A stretch of DNA of 64,000 nucleotides from Candidatus Omnitrophota bacterium (lineage in GTDB: Bacteria; Omnitrophota; Gorgyraeia; JABMRG01; JAFGKX01): positions 70,921 through 134,920 of the forward strand of contig JAZDPX010000006.1 of the NCBI GenBank assembly GCA_043797125.1. The letters are read 5' to 3'. The position numbers were made by a program, and so were the translations under genes. Below, one piece after another: positions 1-9,391 of the stretch. Position 1 is the first letter of the stretch. Each line of letters begins with the position of its first letter. Under the pieces are notes generated by a model. It was given only the letters and a program-made list of their open reading frames with translations, was not told the origin of the DNA and searched no databases.

Positions 1-602
1 TCTATCATAACCTGAGGCGTTCGCATATCCAGCTTCGCAAGCGTAGCTTCTATTAAAGAGAAATCCGAGGGCACGGATGTTACAATAAGGCTGTTTGTTC
101 TTTGGTCTATCAACACCTCGCCAAAAGTTTTCCCACCGCTGTCTTTGGCAAGCAACTTTTCCATGATAGACTTTATATCCCCGCCTTGCTGGCTGCCTGC
201 ACCGCCTGTGCCTGTATTGACCTTCGCATAATTAAGGTTATAGACTTTGGTAACCATCTTTATCCGCGGCGTAGTTGCCTCCTTTACGATAAAAACAGAG
301 CTGTTTGGCTTCTGCTCATAGGTAAGGTTGTTTGCGTCTATTATAGAATCCAAAGCATCTTGCACAGTAACGCCGTCTAAATAAAGGGTAAGTTGTTTGT
401 TCTCAATTTCCCTGGTTGCTACAAAGTTTAAGCCTGCCTGTTGAGAAAATATCTTAAGCACGTCTTTAAGCGCGGCTTGCTGAAAATCCATCGAAATAAG
501 CCTTTGTTCGTCTTGCGCGTAATTTAAATTCGGATAAAAGACAAAACAGATAACGCATAAAAATACAGTGAAACCCCTAATCCCACCGATTATATTCTTC
601 AT
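1..602 (-). CDS. pilQ: Secretin (PilQ/GspD family), 5' part; gene runs off the window start
   Basis: Hand translation from ATG at 602: signal peptide, then ISMDFQQAALKDVLKIFSQQAGLNFV (STN/N0 domain), and IDQRTNSLIV...LAKLDMRTPQVMIE (N3 domain/secretin junction). Absent from the ORF track because it is truncated. Confidence 0.9.
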   Translation of the reverse strand, partial: MKNIIGGIRGFTVFLCVICFVFYPNLNYAQDEQRLISMDFQQAALKDVLKIFSQQAGLNFVATREIENKQLTLYLDGVTVQDALDSIIDANNLTYEQKPNSSVFIVKEATTPRIKMVTKVYNLNYAKVNTGTGGAGSQQGGDIKSIMEKLLAKDSGGKTFGEVLIDQRTNSLIVTSVPSDFSLIEATLAKLDMRTPQVMI

Positions 603-610
603 TTTTTCTC

Positions 611-628
611 CTCGCCCGCAGGCGGGCT
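611..628. repeat. Short palindrome CTCGCCCGCAGGCGGGCT, copy 1
   Basis: Identical 18-mer at 56278-56295; both lie just downstream of secretion-cluster genes. Confidence 0.7.
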
Positions 629-1118
629 ACTTCTTTACGAAAAACTCTATACCTTTATATTCTACAGTTATCCCGTTTTTATCCACCGAAAGGAGCTTTG
701 CGCCTTCTATCTGGTCTCCAACTGAAAATACCTTGCCGTTTGCAATTACCTGCGGCCTATCTGAATTCCACACAAGCCCGCTTATGCTAATCTTGGGCGG
801 CTCGACACCTTGAGCCTTTAATAACTTTGTTTGCATATTCGGAAGCATGCCGACCATATAAACAAAAAACTGGTCTTTTAGAGGATCAATGGCATCAAGC
901 GCTTTATATTCTGCCTTTTTAAGCTCTGCTTTTATTTTCTCCAATGTCTTCTGTTCTTCTTCTATAAACGGTTGAGCCTGCGCGGAAGAGGCCGCTTCTA
1001 AAGTTTCGGGTGCGGGGGCTTTTTTAAAACTGCCTATAAACTTCGATGCCAAACCTAAAGCAAAAATAGGTAAAAGGACTATAAGTATTAGCTTTTCTGC
1101 TTTTTGTTTTTCCATCAT
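627..1118 (-). CDS. PilP/GspB-like accessory protein of the pilus/T2SS cluster
   Basis: N-terminal TM, DP motif, C-terminal ISGLVWNSDRPQVIANGKVFSVGDQIEGAKLLSV beta domain; lies between pilO and the secretin. Confidence 0.7.
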   Translation of the reverse strand: MMEKQKAEKLILIVLLPIFALGLASKFIGSFKKAPAPETLEAASSAQAQPFIEEEQKTLEKIKAELKKAEYKALDAIDPLKDQFFVYMVGMLPNMQTKLLKAQGVEPPKISISGLVWNSDRPQVIANGKVFSVGDQIEGAKLLSVDKNGITVEYKGIEFFVKK

Positions 1119-1708
1119 TGCCTCGATGAATAAGTTTCCAATACAATATTTACTCCCGCAACCGCCGGAGCATTAATATCGGTGGAAGCCTGTTGAGATT
1201 CCCATCTTTGCGCTTGAGGCTGCGGGCCCGTAGCCTCGAAGCTAATGCTTTTTATCTCAATGCGCGGTTTCGCATTTTCGATTATTTCTACAAATTTACC
1301 AAGTTGATCATAGGTGCATTCTAACTGCATCGTTGTGGAAAATACTACATATTTATCTGCGCCGTACTCTCTTGTTGAACTTATAGACACAACCTTCACC
1401 TTCGACTCCGATGCCAGCTTTGATAGTTGCCTCCTGATTGCATCAGCATCTTTGCTTTGAAGAACGATATCTTCATAACCCTTACTTATACTGCCTAACT
1501 TGCTTATTTCTTCGCGTAGGTTATTTTTTGTCGTCTGTTCCTGGCACTGTTTATTATACTGCGCCACATTATTAGCTCCCTTTTGATATATGCCCTTATA
1601 ACATATAAAAAGTGCCAACACTAAAACAATGCCGCCAATTATATAGTCTCTTTGTTTTTGATCAATCGCGCTAAGAAATTCAAGAATTTTCATTTTTCCC
1701 CGCCGCAT
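1115..1708 (-). CDS. pilO: Type IV pilus assembly protein PilO / GspM-like
   Basis: TM, coiled coil and ferredoxin-like end (CTYDQLGKFVEIIEN); operon position. Confidence 0.8.
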   Translation of the reverse strand: MRRGKMKILEFLSAIDQKQRDYIIGGIVLVLALFICYKGIYQKGANNVAQYNKQCQEQTTKNNLREEISKLGSISKGYEDIVLQSKDADAIRRQLSKLASESKVKVVSISSTREYGADKYVVFSTTMQLECTYDQLGKFVEIIENAKPRIEIKSISFEATGPQPQAQRWESQQASTDINAPAVAGVNIVLETYSSRQ

Positions 1709-3204
1709 TGAATTGTGTAATTTGTTACCTCATATGAAGCTGTATTGTATGAGCTAACATTTTCTTTCCTAATATCCCCGAGCTTGCAACTACTAAATCC
1801 CTGCATAAACAGCTTATCCTGTTTAAGCGTTTCTAAAAATTTATTTACAGCGTCTATCTGGTTTGTGCCTTCCTGAAAAAATGCCTTTCCTTTAAGCAGC
1901 ATTGTGATTTCAGCCTCAAAAAGATTCTCTGCCCTGACCATATTAATCCATACGCCTTGAGGCAAATCCGCGGCAATGCGATTCAGTTTATCTGTTAAAA
2001 ATATCTTTTTTGTAATCAATGATTTTAAAAACTCGATTGTTTTTGTTTCTTTGTCCTTTAATTGCAAAAGCCCGTCAATTCCAAGATTCCCAGTCTGCGC
2101 AGGCAGGGTCCTTGCTTTATCCATTACTGCGTTTAAGCGCGTCTTGGCGGAGATAACTGTTCCAATGCTGTAAAAAAGCGTAAGTAAAATAAGCGCTGCC
2201 GCAATGCCGGCTGCAACAAAAAGCTGCCTGCTTAACTTGAACTCTCTAACTCTTGTTTTAGGAGGCAGAATATTTACCGAATACACATCCTTTCCTAAGC
2301 CGACCATTGCCGCCCCTGCGGCAATAATCGCGCCGAGTGAATGAACCTTTTCGCCTTTAATTACTTTACTAAAATCCACTGTCTCTATAGCCATATTAAG
2401 GTCCTCTGCCAACTTTTTTCTTAAATCAGAGGCATCCTCTTTTGCGCATATGATTAATTTCTTAATTTCTTTTGACGCGGGTTTTCTCTTATAATAATCA
2501 AATGATAACCTCATCTCGCTGACTAATTTCTCTATAAGGGCGTCTTTGTCTTTGGGTATCGCAATACCCCTGTTTATGGTGGGGCAATTTTCTTCGATGA
2601 TGCTTATGCTTGCCACATCCTCCGCGACGCTAAGCTGCAGCAGGGCTATTGTATCCTTTTCTTTAAAAAACCTCTTGTTCTGATTAATAACCCTCAACAA
2701 GGCAAACGGAACAATATCCATTATGCCTGTTTTTAGCCCCGCGTCGGAAAATAGTTTTAATTCTGATTCTACGTCGGCTTTTTGCGCGGCAACAAAAAAT
2801 ACGCGCATTGTCTTGTGCTCTCTATTGGTATCTATTACTCTAAAATCCGAGTAAATATTCTCTATCTTAAAAGGAACATATTTTCTGGCCTCAAAATTAA
2901 TTGCCTGCCCTTGCTCTGATTTAGGCAAAAGAGGCATATCAAAATGCCTGATCATCACCCCTTCTTCAGACAGAACAGAATAAACGATATCAGAGCTTAT
3001 CTTAAGCTTGCCAATGGAGGATTTTATCGCTGCGACTATCTTGGCGCGCTGTTTTTGGTCGGAAGAAGGAACCTGTTCGTTTTGCGGCAGAGTAATATCC
3101 TCTCTTATGTGATCCACCAAGAAGGGCTTGTTAATAGCTCCTGTAACTGCCGCCACATCCACAAAATTTTTGCCTACATATATGCCGATGCCTTTGTTAG
3201 CCAT
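1690..3204 (-). CDS. pilM: PilM-PilN fusion (actin-like domain, TM, PilN periplasmic domain)
   Basis: IGIYVG start, FEARKYVPF, ELRLSFDYY-like motif, VNILP+TM, then LPQGVWI PilN segment. Confidence 0.85.
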   Translation of the reverse strand: MANKGIGIYVGKNFVDVAAVTGAINKPFLVDHIREDITLPQNEQVPSSDQKQRAKIVAAIKSSIGKLKISSDIVYSVLSEEGVMIRHFDMPLLPKSEQGQAINFEARKYVPFKIENIYSDFRVIDTNREHKTMRVFFVAAQKADVESELKLFSDAGLKTGIMDIVPFALLRVINQNKRFFKEKDTIALLQLSVAEDVASISIIEENCPTINRGIAIPKDKDALIEKLVSEMRLSFDYYKRKPASKEIKKLIICAKEDASDLRKKLAEDLNMAIETVDFSKVIKGEKVHSLGAIIAAGAAMVGLGKDVYSVNILPPKTRVREFKLSRQLFVAAGIAAALILLTLFYSIGTVISAKTRLNAVMDKARTLPAQTGNLGIDGLLQLKDKETKTIEFLKSLITKKIFLTDKLNRIAADLPQGVWINMVRAENLFEAEITMLLKGKAFFQEGTNQIDAVNKFLETLKQDKLFMQGFSSCKLGDIRKENVSSYNTASYEVTNYTIQCGGEK

Positions 3205-3396
3205 TTATATACCTCTGCCCATAATCTTTTTAAGGGCCGCAATATCTCTTTCCGTATATTCCCTCCAACCGTTGAGTTTATTTCTCACCGCCTTCGGGAA
3301 TATGCCTTTGATTTCATATCTAATAAGCGTCTGCTTGGAGATATCCAGTATTTCAGCGACTTCATTAACTGAATAATATTTTTCCGCGCGCATCAT
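3205..3396 (-). CDS. Stand-alone MerR/BldC-like winged HTH regulator (63 aa)
   Basis: YSVNEVAEILDISKQTLIRYEIKG...NGWREYTERDI, the MerR HTH signature with no effector domain. Confidence 0.85.
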   Translation of the reverse strand: MMRAEKYYSVNEVAEILDISKQTLIRYEIKGIFPKAVRNKLNGWREYTERDIAALKKIMGRGI

Positions 3397-3425
3397 TATA
3401 TATTTCTCCTACTCGTAACGGTCGA

Positions 3426-3455
3426 ATGTAGCGCAGGCTTAAGCCTGCGCTACAT
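3426..3455. repeat. GTAG-type REP palindrome GTAGCGCAGGCTTAAGCCTGCGCTAC, copy 1
   Basis: Perfect 26-bp core palindrome, also at 42740-42765 and 61728-61753. Confidence 0.9.
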
Positions 3456-3529
3456 CTGTGTCGCAATACCTTACAAACTTGGTTATAGCATCAGGCGGCA
3501 TCTGATAGCGTCTGATATACTTTGATATG

Positions 3530-3558
3530 AGTATATACTACCTGAGTGTATGTGTCAA
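3530..3558 (-). promoter_or_regulatory. Sigma70-type promoter of the merR-pilMNOPQ operon
   Basis: TTGACA-N17-TATACT on the minus strand; three T(C/T)TGATA direct repeats (10-bp period, 3501-3527) just downstream. Confidence 0.7.
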
Positions 3559-3613
3559 GTATTTTTGGAATTTTTTTGAAATATTTATATCTGTAGGAAA
3601 AGGGGGGTTCTGG

Positions 3614-5443
3614 TTACGCTGCGCTTCTGATTGCTTCTGATGCCTTTTTTGCGCTCTTGAGTGTGAATGATTGAATATCGTAATAGCAGTGTTTAGAGGT
3701 GTACGAAAAATCTGCGTTGAAAGGGCGGCCCCATGAAGTCATATCTATTATTTTAAGTGGCGAAGTTTTCAGTAAAAAGTTTTTTATGCCCCTTCTGCCG
3801 TAAAAATCTGATCCGCTATTGATGTTTTTTGGATAGATTCCCCATGAAGCAGGCACTATTTTAAAAATGTCTTTCCAGGATTTTATTTCCAGCAATCTTT
3901 GCATATCTATTATATTTCCCGACTTTACATCCGCCATAAAGACAATGCCTTTGGATATTAAAATTCTAGATACATCATCCATAATAACCCTGGCCATTGC
4001 CAGCTGAATAGAATGTGAAAATTTGTGCCAGCCTTACTCCAAAAGCTTATTCTGTTCTTCATCAAGCGGAAACCACTGCTTCCATAAATCTACATAATCT
4101 TTTATTGAGTGCGCAAAATCCTGAATAGCCATTGAAAATACCACAAAATTAGCGGAATTATCTTCAAAAAGCCTTTTATCGATAGGCAAAACGTAATTGA
4201 TTATCTTCTTGGGGTCGCTTATTTCCTCATACAAATCCAACACTTTCTGGATAGGAAATTCTTTTCCAAGCATAGCTTTTTCTTCAATGCCGGATTTCAT
4301 TAATTCATCAATTTTTTTGGCTGCCCTATCGAGAATAAGAGTTGCATCTGCTTTAATAATCTCGACCCGCCCAGCTTCATCATGTGTAATTTCATGTTTA
4401 TCGACCAATTTCTTAAGCGCCCTCTCGGAAAGCCCCCTAGCCAATTCTATTAAAACAATCTTTCTGTATTTAATCGAACCATCGGGAAGCGTTTCTCTTA
4501 GCATCTTTTTCAAAGGCAGACCCGAGAAGTGGCCGCCGCCTAAAACAACCGCCGCGCCTTGCTGTTTTACCCTATTCGATGCCCGCATAATCTCTTGTTT
4601 TACTTTTTCAAAATGCGCATTCAGTCTCCTGCTATGCTCTGTATCCTGCGAAATCATTGATGGATAAATCTCTGCTGCGTAGTTGTGGGTTTCGGCAAGT
4701 ACGGGGCCCAAAACTTCAGGGCCTCTTTCACCTTTAACCCAAAGATTCAAGCCCTCTATGCCCCGCGCAAAATCATCCGGTAAAAAACGCGTTGGCTGCT
4801 CGATGGTAAAAAAACTTAATCCTAATCTATACAGAAAATATGCTCTGTCAAAATCTATGCAGCCCATTCTGTAAATTCTTTCAGCCAAAAAATAAAAAAC
4901 ATCGCTTGGCATGTATAAATCGAAAATTAAATATTCGTATAGGCCTCTTAATGTAAGATCCTCTGCAGCTCCGAGCGCTTCATCATAAGCCTCTATTGCT
5001 TGCTTAGTTTTCCCCTGTGAATGAAAATATATACTTTGCAATATGTGCATAATAGGCCACAAGTTAATTCTAATAATAGTAGTGGCTTCTTCCTGATTAA
5101 TTCCTCTTTTTAGCATTTCGTTAGCAATCATCGTATCTAAAAATTCCGGCATCTTTTCATCCTCTAAAAAGAAAAATTCATCATAGTATTCGGGGGCATA
5201 TTTTATTATCAGGGCCACCAGCTGCTTTCCATCCTTCCATTTAGATTTAAAATACGCTATATTTGCGGTTCTAATTGCAGCTTTATCACGGTTCGGATCC
5301 AGCTCAAAGCCTGTTTTTTCTCTATCTCTATCAAAATTAACTTTGCTGACAGGCCGCAATCCGTCTTCGGCAAAAGCAGGGACTGTCCCTATTTTTGATG
5401 TTGCCAATATAATGGCTATTGCTATGGCGAGGAGTTTTCCCAT
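3614..5443 (-). pseudogene. LRP/AA-motif secreted protein with TPR-like region and class I SAM-methyltransferase fold, interrupted by one in-frame TAA at 4034-4036
   Basis: ORFs 4034-5443 and 3614-3997 are in one frame (LLE*GWHKFSHSIQLAMAR). MTase motifs VVLGGG, LIEL, IKADA, NFVVFS lie before the stop and SRILISKGIVF after it. Signal peptide plus GLRPVS; ends AIRSAA. Confidence 0.7.
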
Positions 5444-5471
5444 TTTAACCTTTTGTTCTTATCTCAAAATG

Positions 5472-6332
5472 CTATGCGCTTGCTTCTATAGCTCCTGGAA
5501 GATCCAGCAAGGTGGCAGGGCAGGTAAAGTTATCCTGGCCGCCCATAAAAAACTTTAACACTATCGGCACCTCTATATCTGTTTCATCAACAAAGCCCAT
5601 TTTTAGCAAGAATTTTTTCATTTCACGAAAATTATCGCTTCTTCCCTGAGGTGCTCTCCACCTAAAATCCTCGTCAAAAATTATATATTGAAATTCATCT
5701 ATTTCAGGTGGAAATATATTTCCCCTCTTTGCTATAATCATAAGCGCTGCTAATGCCTCTGGGCCATAACCCTTTCTTGAGAAATCGTGAACATGCGCAG
5801 TATGCGGCCGACCATGAATAGAGTATCTAAAAAATACTGTATGTGGAGTATCTATAGAATACGTTAATATGCCATGGCCAACTATTTCCTGTTTTTTATT
5901 TTCAATTGACAAAACATATGCTTTATCAAAAAATTTCTCATCGGGATTCGTACTAAAACACTGGGCATAACCTGTAGTTTGTGGGAGTTCGGGACGCGCC
6001 TCAAAACAGATTACTCTCAATCTTCCTATTTTGAATATGATACATTCATCGGTGTTTAAGCTTTCTGGCGTATAGGCTTTTGCTAATATTGAGTCGTACT
6101 CATAGCCGGCATCTACCTTATCTCTGTAAGCTATATTTATCAAAGGCGTTACCTTCTTTCGCCTTTTTACTCTTTCAACGCTAAAATCCAATTCATGTAT
6201 AGATTTTTCTAAAGATGCGGAGATAATTTTGCTAGGTGTTTTTCCTTTTGTAGCTGCCGGACGCAGCGCAAGGCTCTGCTGTGGTAAAATTAGTGTTGTT
6301 AGTATTACGAATAGAACTAGTTTCTTTAGCAT
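5472..6332 (-). CDS. LRP/AA-motif secreted protein with GNAT acetyltransferase domain
   Basis: Signal peptide SLA|LRPAA; IVGHG, FSRKGYGPEAL (acetyl-CoA motif A), FLLKMGF; ends AIEASA. Confidence 0.7.
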   Translation of the reverse strand: MLKKLVLFVILTTLILPQQSLALRPAATKGKTPSKIISASLEKSIHELDFSVERVKRRKKVTPLINIAYRDKVDAGYEYDSILAKAYTPESLNTDECIIFKIGRLRVICFEARPELPQTTGYAQCFSTNPDEKFFDKAYVLSIENKKQEIVGHGILTYSIDTPHTVFFRYSIHGRPHTAHVHDFSRKGYGPEALAALMIIAKRGNIFPPEIDEFQYIIFDEDFRWRAPQGRSDNFREMKKFLLKMGFVDETDIEVPIVLKFFMGGQDNFTCPATLLDLPGAIEASA

Positions 6333-6362
6333 TTCCCTTTATATCCCCATTAATTAAATGTT

Positions 6363-6418
6363 TTATCCTTCGGCTTGCTCAGGATAACCCTGAGCAAGCG
6401 AAGCGTGTCGAAGGGTTA
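6363..6418. repeat. REP-like palindromic element (CCTTCG..GCTCAGG/CCTGAGC..CGAAGG type)
   Basis: ccttcggcttgctcaggataaccctgagcaagcgaagcgtgtcgaaggg, nested inverted repeats. Confidence 0.6.
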
Positions 6419-6500
6419 ATTTAGCCCAAAATAATGAAACCCCGAAGGTAGACTCTTATGAAGTTCTACATTCGGGGCCCTTTTCATTTACTAATTATAT

Positions 6501-6529
6501 AGTGTAACACATAGATATGGGCATTACAA
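6501..6529 (-). promoter_or_regulatory. Putative sigma70 promoter for the GNAT/MTase pair
   Basis: TTGTAA-N17-TACACT with TG extension. Confidence 0.5.
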
Positions 6530-6584
6530 GGAAATTAAGCCTTAAGGCCACCAAGTCACAAGTGAACGTATAAAACGTATAATA

Positions 6585-6750
6585 AGTGAGGTTTTTGCAA
6601 TGTGAGGTGCATTAGAAATTTTTTTCCAAATGTCTTTTTAGAACTTACGACGAGGGAACGGCTAAGTTTGGATGTTTGGGAAAGTGACCGAGTCGTAAGT
6701 TCAAAAAGACGGAAAAAAATTTCAGCACCGAACATTGCGAAAACCGAACT
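6585..6750 (+). repeat. Long hairpin element family B, copy 1
   Basis: Termini GTGAGGTTTTTGCAATG...CATTGCGAAAACCGAAC shared with 18471-18690 and 39154-39378. Confidence 0.8.
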
Positions 6751-6756
6751 ATGACA

Positions 6757-6803
6757 GAGATTGCTTCGTCGCCTGGAATAGGCAAAGGCTCCTCGCAATG
6801 ACG
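6757..6803. repeat. REP-like element GATTGCTTCGTCGC...CTCCTCGCAATGAC
   Basis: ATTGC/GCAAT inverted ends followed by GAC; widespread REP-like type. Confidence 0.6.
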
Positions 6804-6830
6804 GCGATGTGGAAGCTTTAGCGGGATTTG

Positions 6831-7481
6831 TTACAACTTCAGCTTTTCGATATTCACGGCCTTCCCGATAACTACGAAAGCGCTGTCTGCTTTTATTACG
6901 TAGCTTGGCTCGGGAACCAGGTAAAATTCATCGTGAAGCACATCTTTAATAGCTATTATTTCAACGCCGTATTTGTTGCGCAGTTTAAGTTCGCTTAACT
7001 TCTTTCCTATCAGATTTTCAGGGATGGCTATTTCAACAATGCTGTATTCATCTGCCATGGGAATGTGCTCTATAAGATTCTTTGTAGTCAGCTTTATAGC
7101 CAGCGCGATAGCCCTGTCCCTTTGAGGATAGATAACTTCCGTGGCGCCTGTTAGCTCCAGTATCCTGCCGTGGTTTTTATTAATTGCTTTTGCTATAATA
7201 TCTTTAATTCCTAAGCTCTGCAGATTAAGCACCGCCAATACGCTTGACGCTATATCGCTGCCAAGGCTTACTATTACAGCGTCGGCAAAATCCTCAACAA
7301 GTTTAGCTAAAACCTTTTCGTCCCTGGCGTCGGCTATTACCGCCACGCTTACCTTATCGCTTATATCCTGTATTTTTTTTTCATCTTTGTCTATAACCGT
7401 TACCTTATGCTGGCGCTGCGCTAAAGCCAGCGCTAAATTATATCCGAATTTATCCATTCCTATTATTATATAATGTTTCAT
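6831..7481 (-). CDS. trkA: TrkA/KtrA potassium uptake regulatory subunit (RCK-N + RCK-C)
   Basis: IIGMDKFG Rossmann start, ADARDEKVL, IGKKLSELKLRNKYGVEIIAI. Confidence 0.9.
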   Translation of the reverse strand: MKHYIIIGMDKFGYNLALALAQRQHKVTVIDKDEKKIQDISDKVSVAVIADARDEKVLAKLVEDFADAVIVSLGSDIASSVLAVLNLQSLGIKDIIAKAINKNHGRILELTGATEVIYPQRDRAIALAIKLTTKNLIEHIPMADEYSIVEIAIPENLIGKKLSELKLRNKYGVEIIAIKDVLHDEFYLVPEPSYVIKADSAFVVIGKAVNIEKLKL

Positions 7482-8611
7482 TTTTTAGCTCCTTTATACA
7501 CTCTCGGCACTCTCGAACTAATCCAGCAAACCACCTCATAGGGAATAGTGCCGCAAATAAAAGCAATCTCTTCTGCTGTTATGCGCTCCTTGCCCTTCGC
7601 GCCGATTAAAACTACTTCATCGTCTACTGCGGCATCCTTAATATGGCCGACATCCACCATAATCTGGTCCATGCATACCCTGCCTACTATGGGGGCTCTT
7701 TGGCCTCTTACAAGAACCGAGCCTTTGTTTGAAAGCAGCCTGTTATACCCGTCAGCATACCCGATAGGCAAAACAGCAATCTTAGTATTCCTTTTTGTAA
7801 TATACGTACCGCCGTAACTTATCTGCCTGCCCGAAGGAGTGTCTTTTATGTAGCAAATTTTACTTTTTAATGTTAATGCAGGGCGAAGCGTAATTGTTTT
7901 CTTAAGTTCCATATTGGGGTAAAGCCCGTAAATCATGATTCCGGGCCTTATAATATTAAAATGCGCGTCTTTACATGTAACGGCACCTGCGCTGTTGGCG
8001 GTATGCTTATATTTTATATATACCCCTTTCTGCTCCAATTCATTAAGCAAATTTATAAAATTCTCTATCTGTTCACCGGTAAAATCGATATTATCGTCTG
8101 CGGAGGCAAAATGCGTAAAGATGCCCTCAACAGCTAAATGTTTCATACCTAATACCTCTTCCGCAAAATGCACTGCCTCGCTGTGCCACACTCCTAATCT
8201 GCCCATTCCCGTGTCTATTTTAAGATGGATCTTTACCTTTGTTTTCTTTTTTTCCGCAACGCGGTTAATGGCCTTTGCCAATTTTAATCCGGGAACTGTT
8301 TGTATTATTCTGCTATCCAGAAGGGCCGGTATTTCCTTTTCTGTGATTGCGGTGAGATTTAAAATAGGAACTCCCAGGTTAAACTTTTTTAATTCTATTG
8401 CCTCATCAATACTTCCGACGCCAAAATAATCAACGCCGCAGGCCTCTAGCGCCCTACATACGCCAAGCATTCCATGGCCGTAAGCATTTGCCTTTACGGC
8501 AACGAGTATTTTAACAGAGCTGCCAGCCAGTTTCCTGAATTGCAAAAAATTATGTCTTATCGCTGACAGGTCTATCTCTGCATATGTCGGCCGGTACGTA
8601 GGTATTTTCAT
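7478..8611 (-). CDS. alr: Alanine racemase
   Basis: VKANAYGHG (PLP lysine), IDTGMGRLG, GYADG, GRVCMDQ. Confidence 0.98.
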   Translation of the reverse strand: MKIPTYRPTYAEIDLSAIRHNFLQFRKLAGSSVKILVAVKANAYGHGMLGVCRALEACGVDYFGVGSIDEAIELKKFNLGVPILNLTAITEKEIPALLDSRIIQTVPGLKLAKAINRVAEKKKTKVKIHLKIDTGMGRLGVWHSEAVHFAEEVLGMKHLAVEGIFTHFASADDNIDFTGEQIENFINLLNELEQKGVYIKYKHTANSAGAVTCKDAHFNIIRPGIMIYGLYPNMELKKTITLRPALTLKSKICYIKDTPSGRQISYGGTYITKRNTKIAVLPIGYADGYNRLLSNKGSVLVRGQRAPIVGRVCMDQIMVDVGHIKDAAVDDEVVLIGAKGKERITAEEIAFICGTIPYEVVCWISSRVPRVYKGAKK

Positions 8612-8618
8612 ATCAACT

Positions 8619-8724
8619 TTATCCGCCTTCCTTGCTTTTGAACTTCGTGGTAGATAACGTACGGCGGATAACCCGCCGTAGGCTATCTACTCCGAACTGC
8701 CCAATACACGAAGGCGGGCTATCT
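8619..8724. repeat. Composite palindromic repeat family A, copy 1; overlaps the tsaB 3' end
   Basis: atccgccttc...gtagata...cggcggataacccgccgtaggctatctac...gaactgcccaatacacgaaggcgggc, near-identical to 15379-15577. Confidence 0.85.
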
Positions 8725-9391
8725 GGCATTCCTTCGGATATATATAAAGCGGCAGCAGTTTATAGGGTGAATCCTTATATCCTGCCTTATATCTTACCAA
8801 TGCCAGCTTTCCTAATACATCAGCCTTCGGATAACACGACTCCTCGGGCGCAAAAAAGACAAGCCCCTTTTTTGCCTTTAAAATCTTTTCCTTGTGCTGT
8901 TTGATTATGTCGCCGGCTATAATAGTCGGCTGTTTTATCAAATCCAGAATATCTTCTAACGGCTTTAAAATAAAATCTGTATACGGTTCTGCAGATGCCT
9001 CTTTTTGTTTATAAAAGCGCGCATAGGCATTATTCTGCCTGGCATCAAACAAGATACAAACATCGGTATTGGCCTGCCCTGTAAAATTATTTGCAATTAC
9101 ATCGAAACTCGAAACCCCGACCAAAGGCCTCTTTAGCGCTATGCTAAAAGTTCGTATGGCAGCAAGAGATGTCCTTAATCCTGTAAATGAACCCGGCCCT
9201 GTGCCTGCGCAAAAAAGCTCTATTTCTTCTATGCGCCAATTGATATTTTCCAGCAGTTTCTTAACTTCAGAAACAACTGCTGAGCCCTGGCTTCTTAAAA
9301 AATTCTTGTGCAACAGCGCCATGGGCTTTTCATCGCTTAAAAGGGCTATGCTAATTGTTTTTGTTGATGTATCTACCGCTAATATCTTCAT
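8687..9391 (-). CDS. tsaB: tRNA t6A biosynthesis protein TsaB
   Basis: ILAVDTS, GTGPGSFTGLR, DARQ. Confidence 0.95.
   Translation of the reverse strand: MKILAVDTSTKTISIALLSDEKPMALLHKNFLRSQGSAVVSEVKKLLENINWRIEEIELFCAGTGPGSFTGLRTSLAAIRTFSIALKRPLVGVSSFDVIANNFTGQANTDVCILFDARQNNAYARFYKQKEASAEPYTDFILKPLEDILDLIKQPTIIAGDIIKQHKEKILKAKKGLVFFAPEESCYPKADVLGKLALVRYKAGYKDSPYKLLPLYIYPKECQIARLRVLGSSE

Noticed and set aside
4034-4036. Stop-codon recoding (Sec/Pyl or alternative genetic code) at the in-frame stop
   Set aside because: The codon is TAA, used as a normal stop by many genes here; Sec uses TGA and Pyl uses TAG. Nonsense mutation or sequencing error is simpler.
6556-6798. Small ORFs over family B elements (also 18441-18647, 18510-18782, 18532-18747, 39128-39444)
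   Set aside because: They coincide with palindromic repeats; shared peptides (FAMxGAEI) reflect the DNA repeat, not a protein family.
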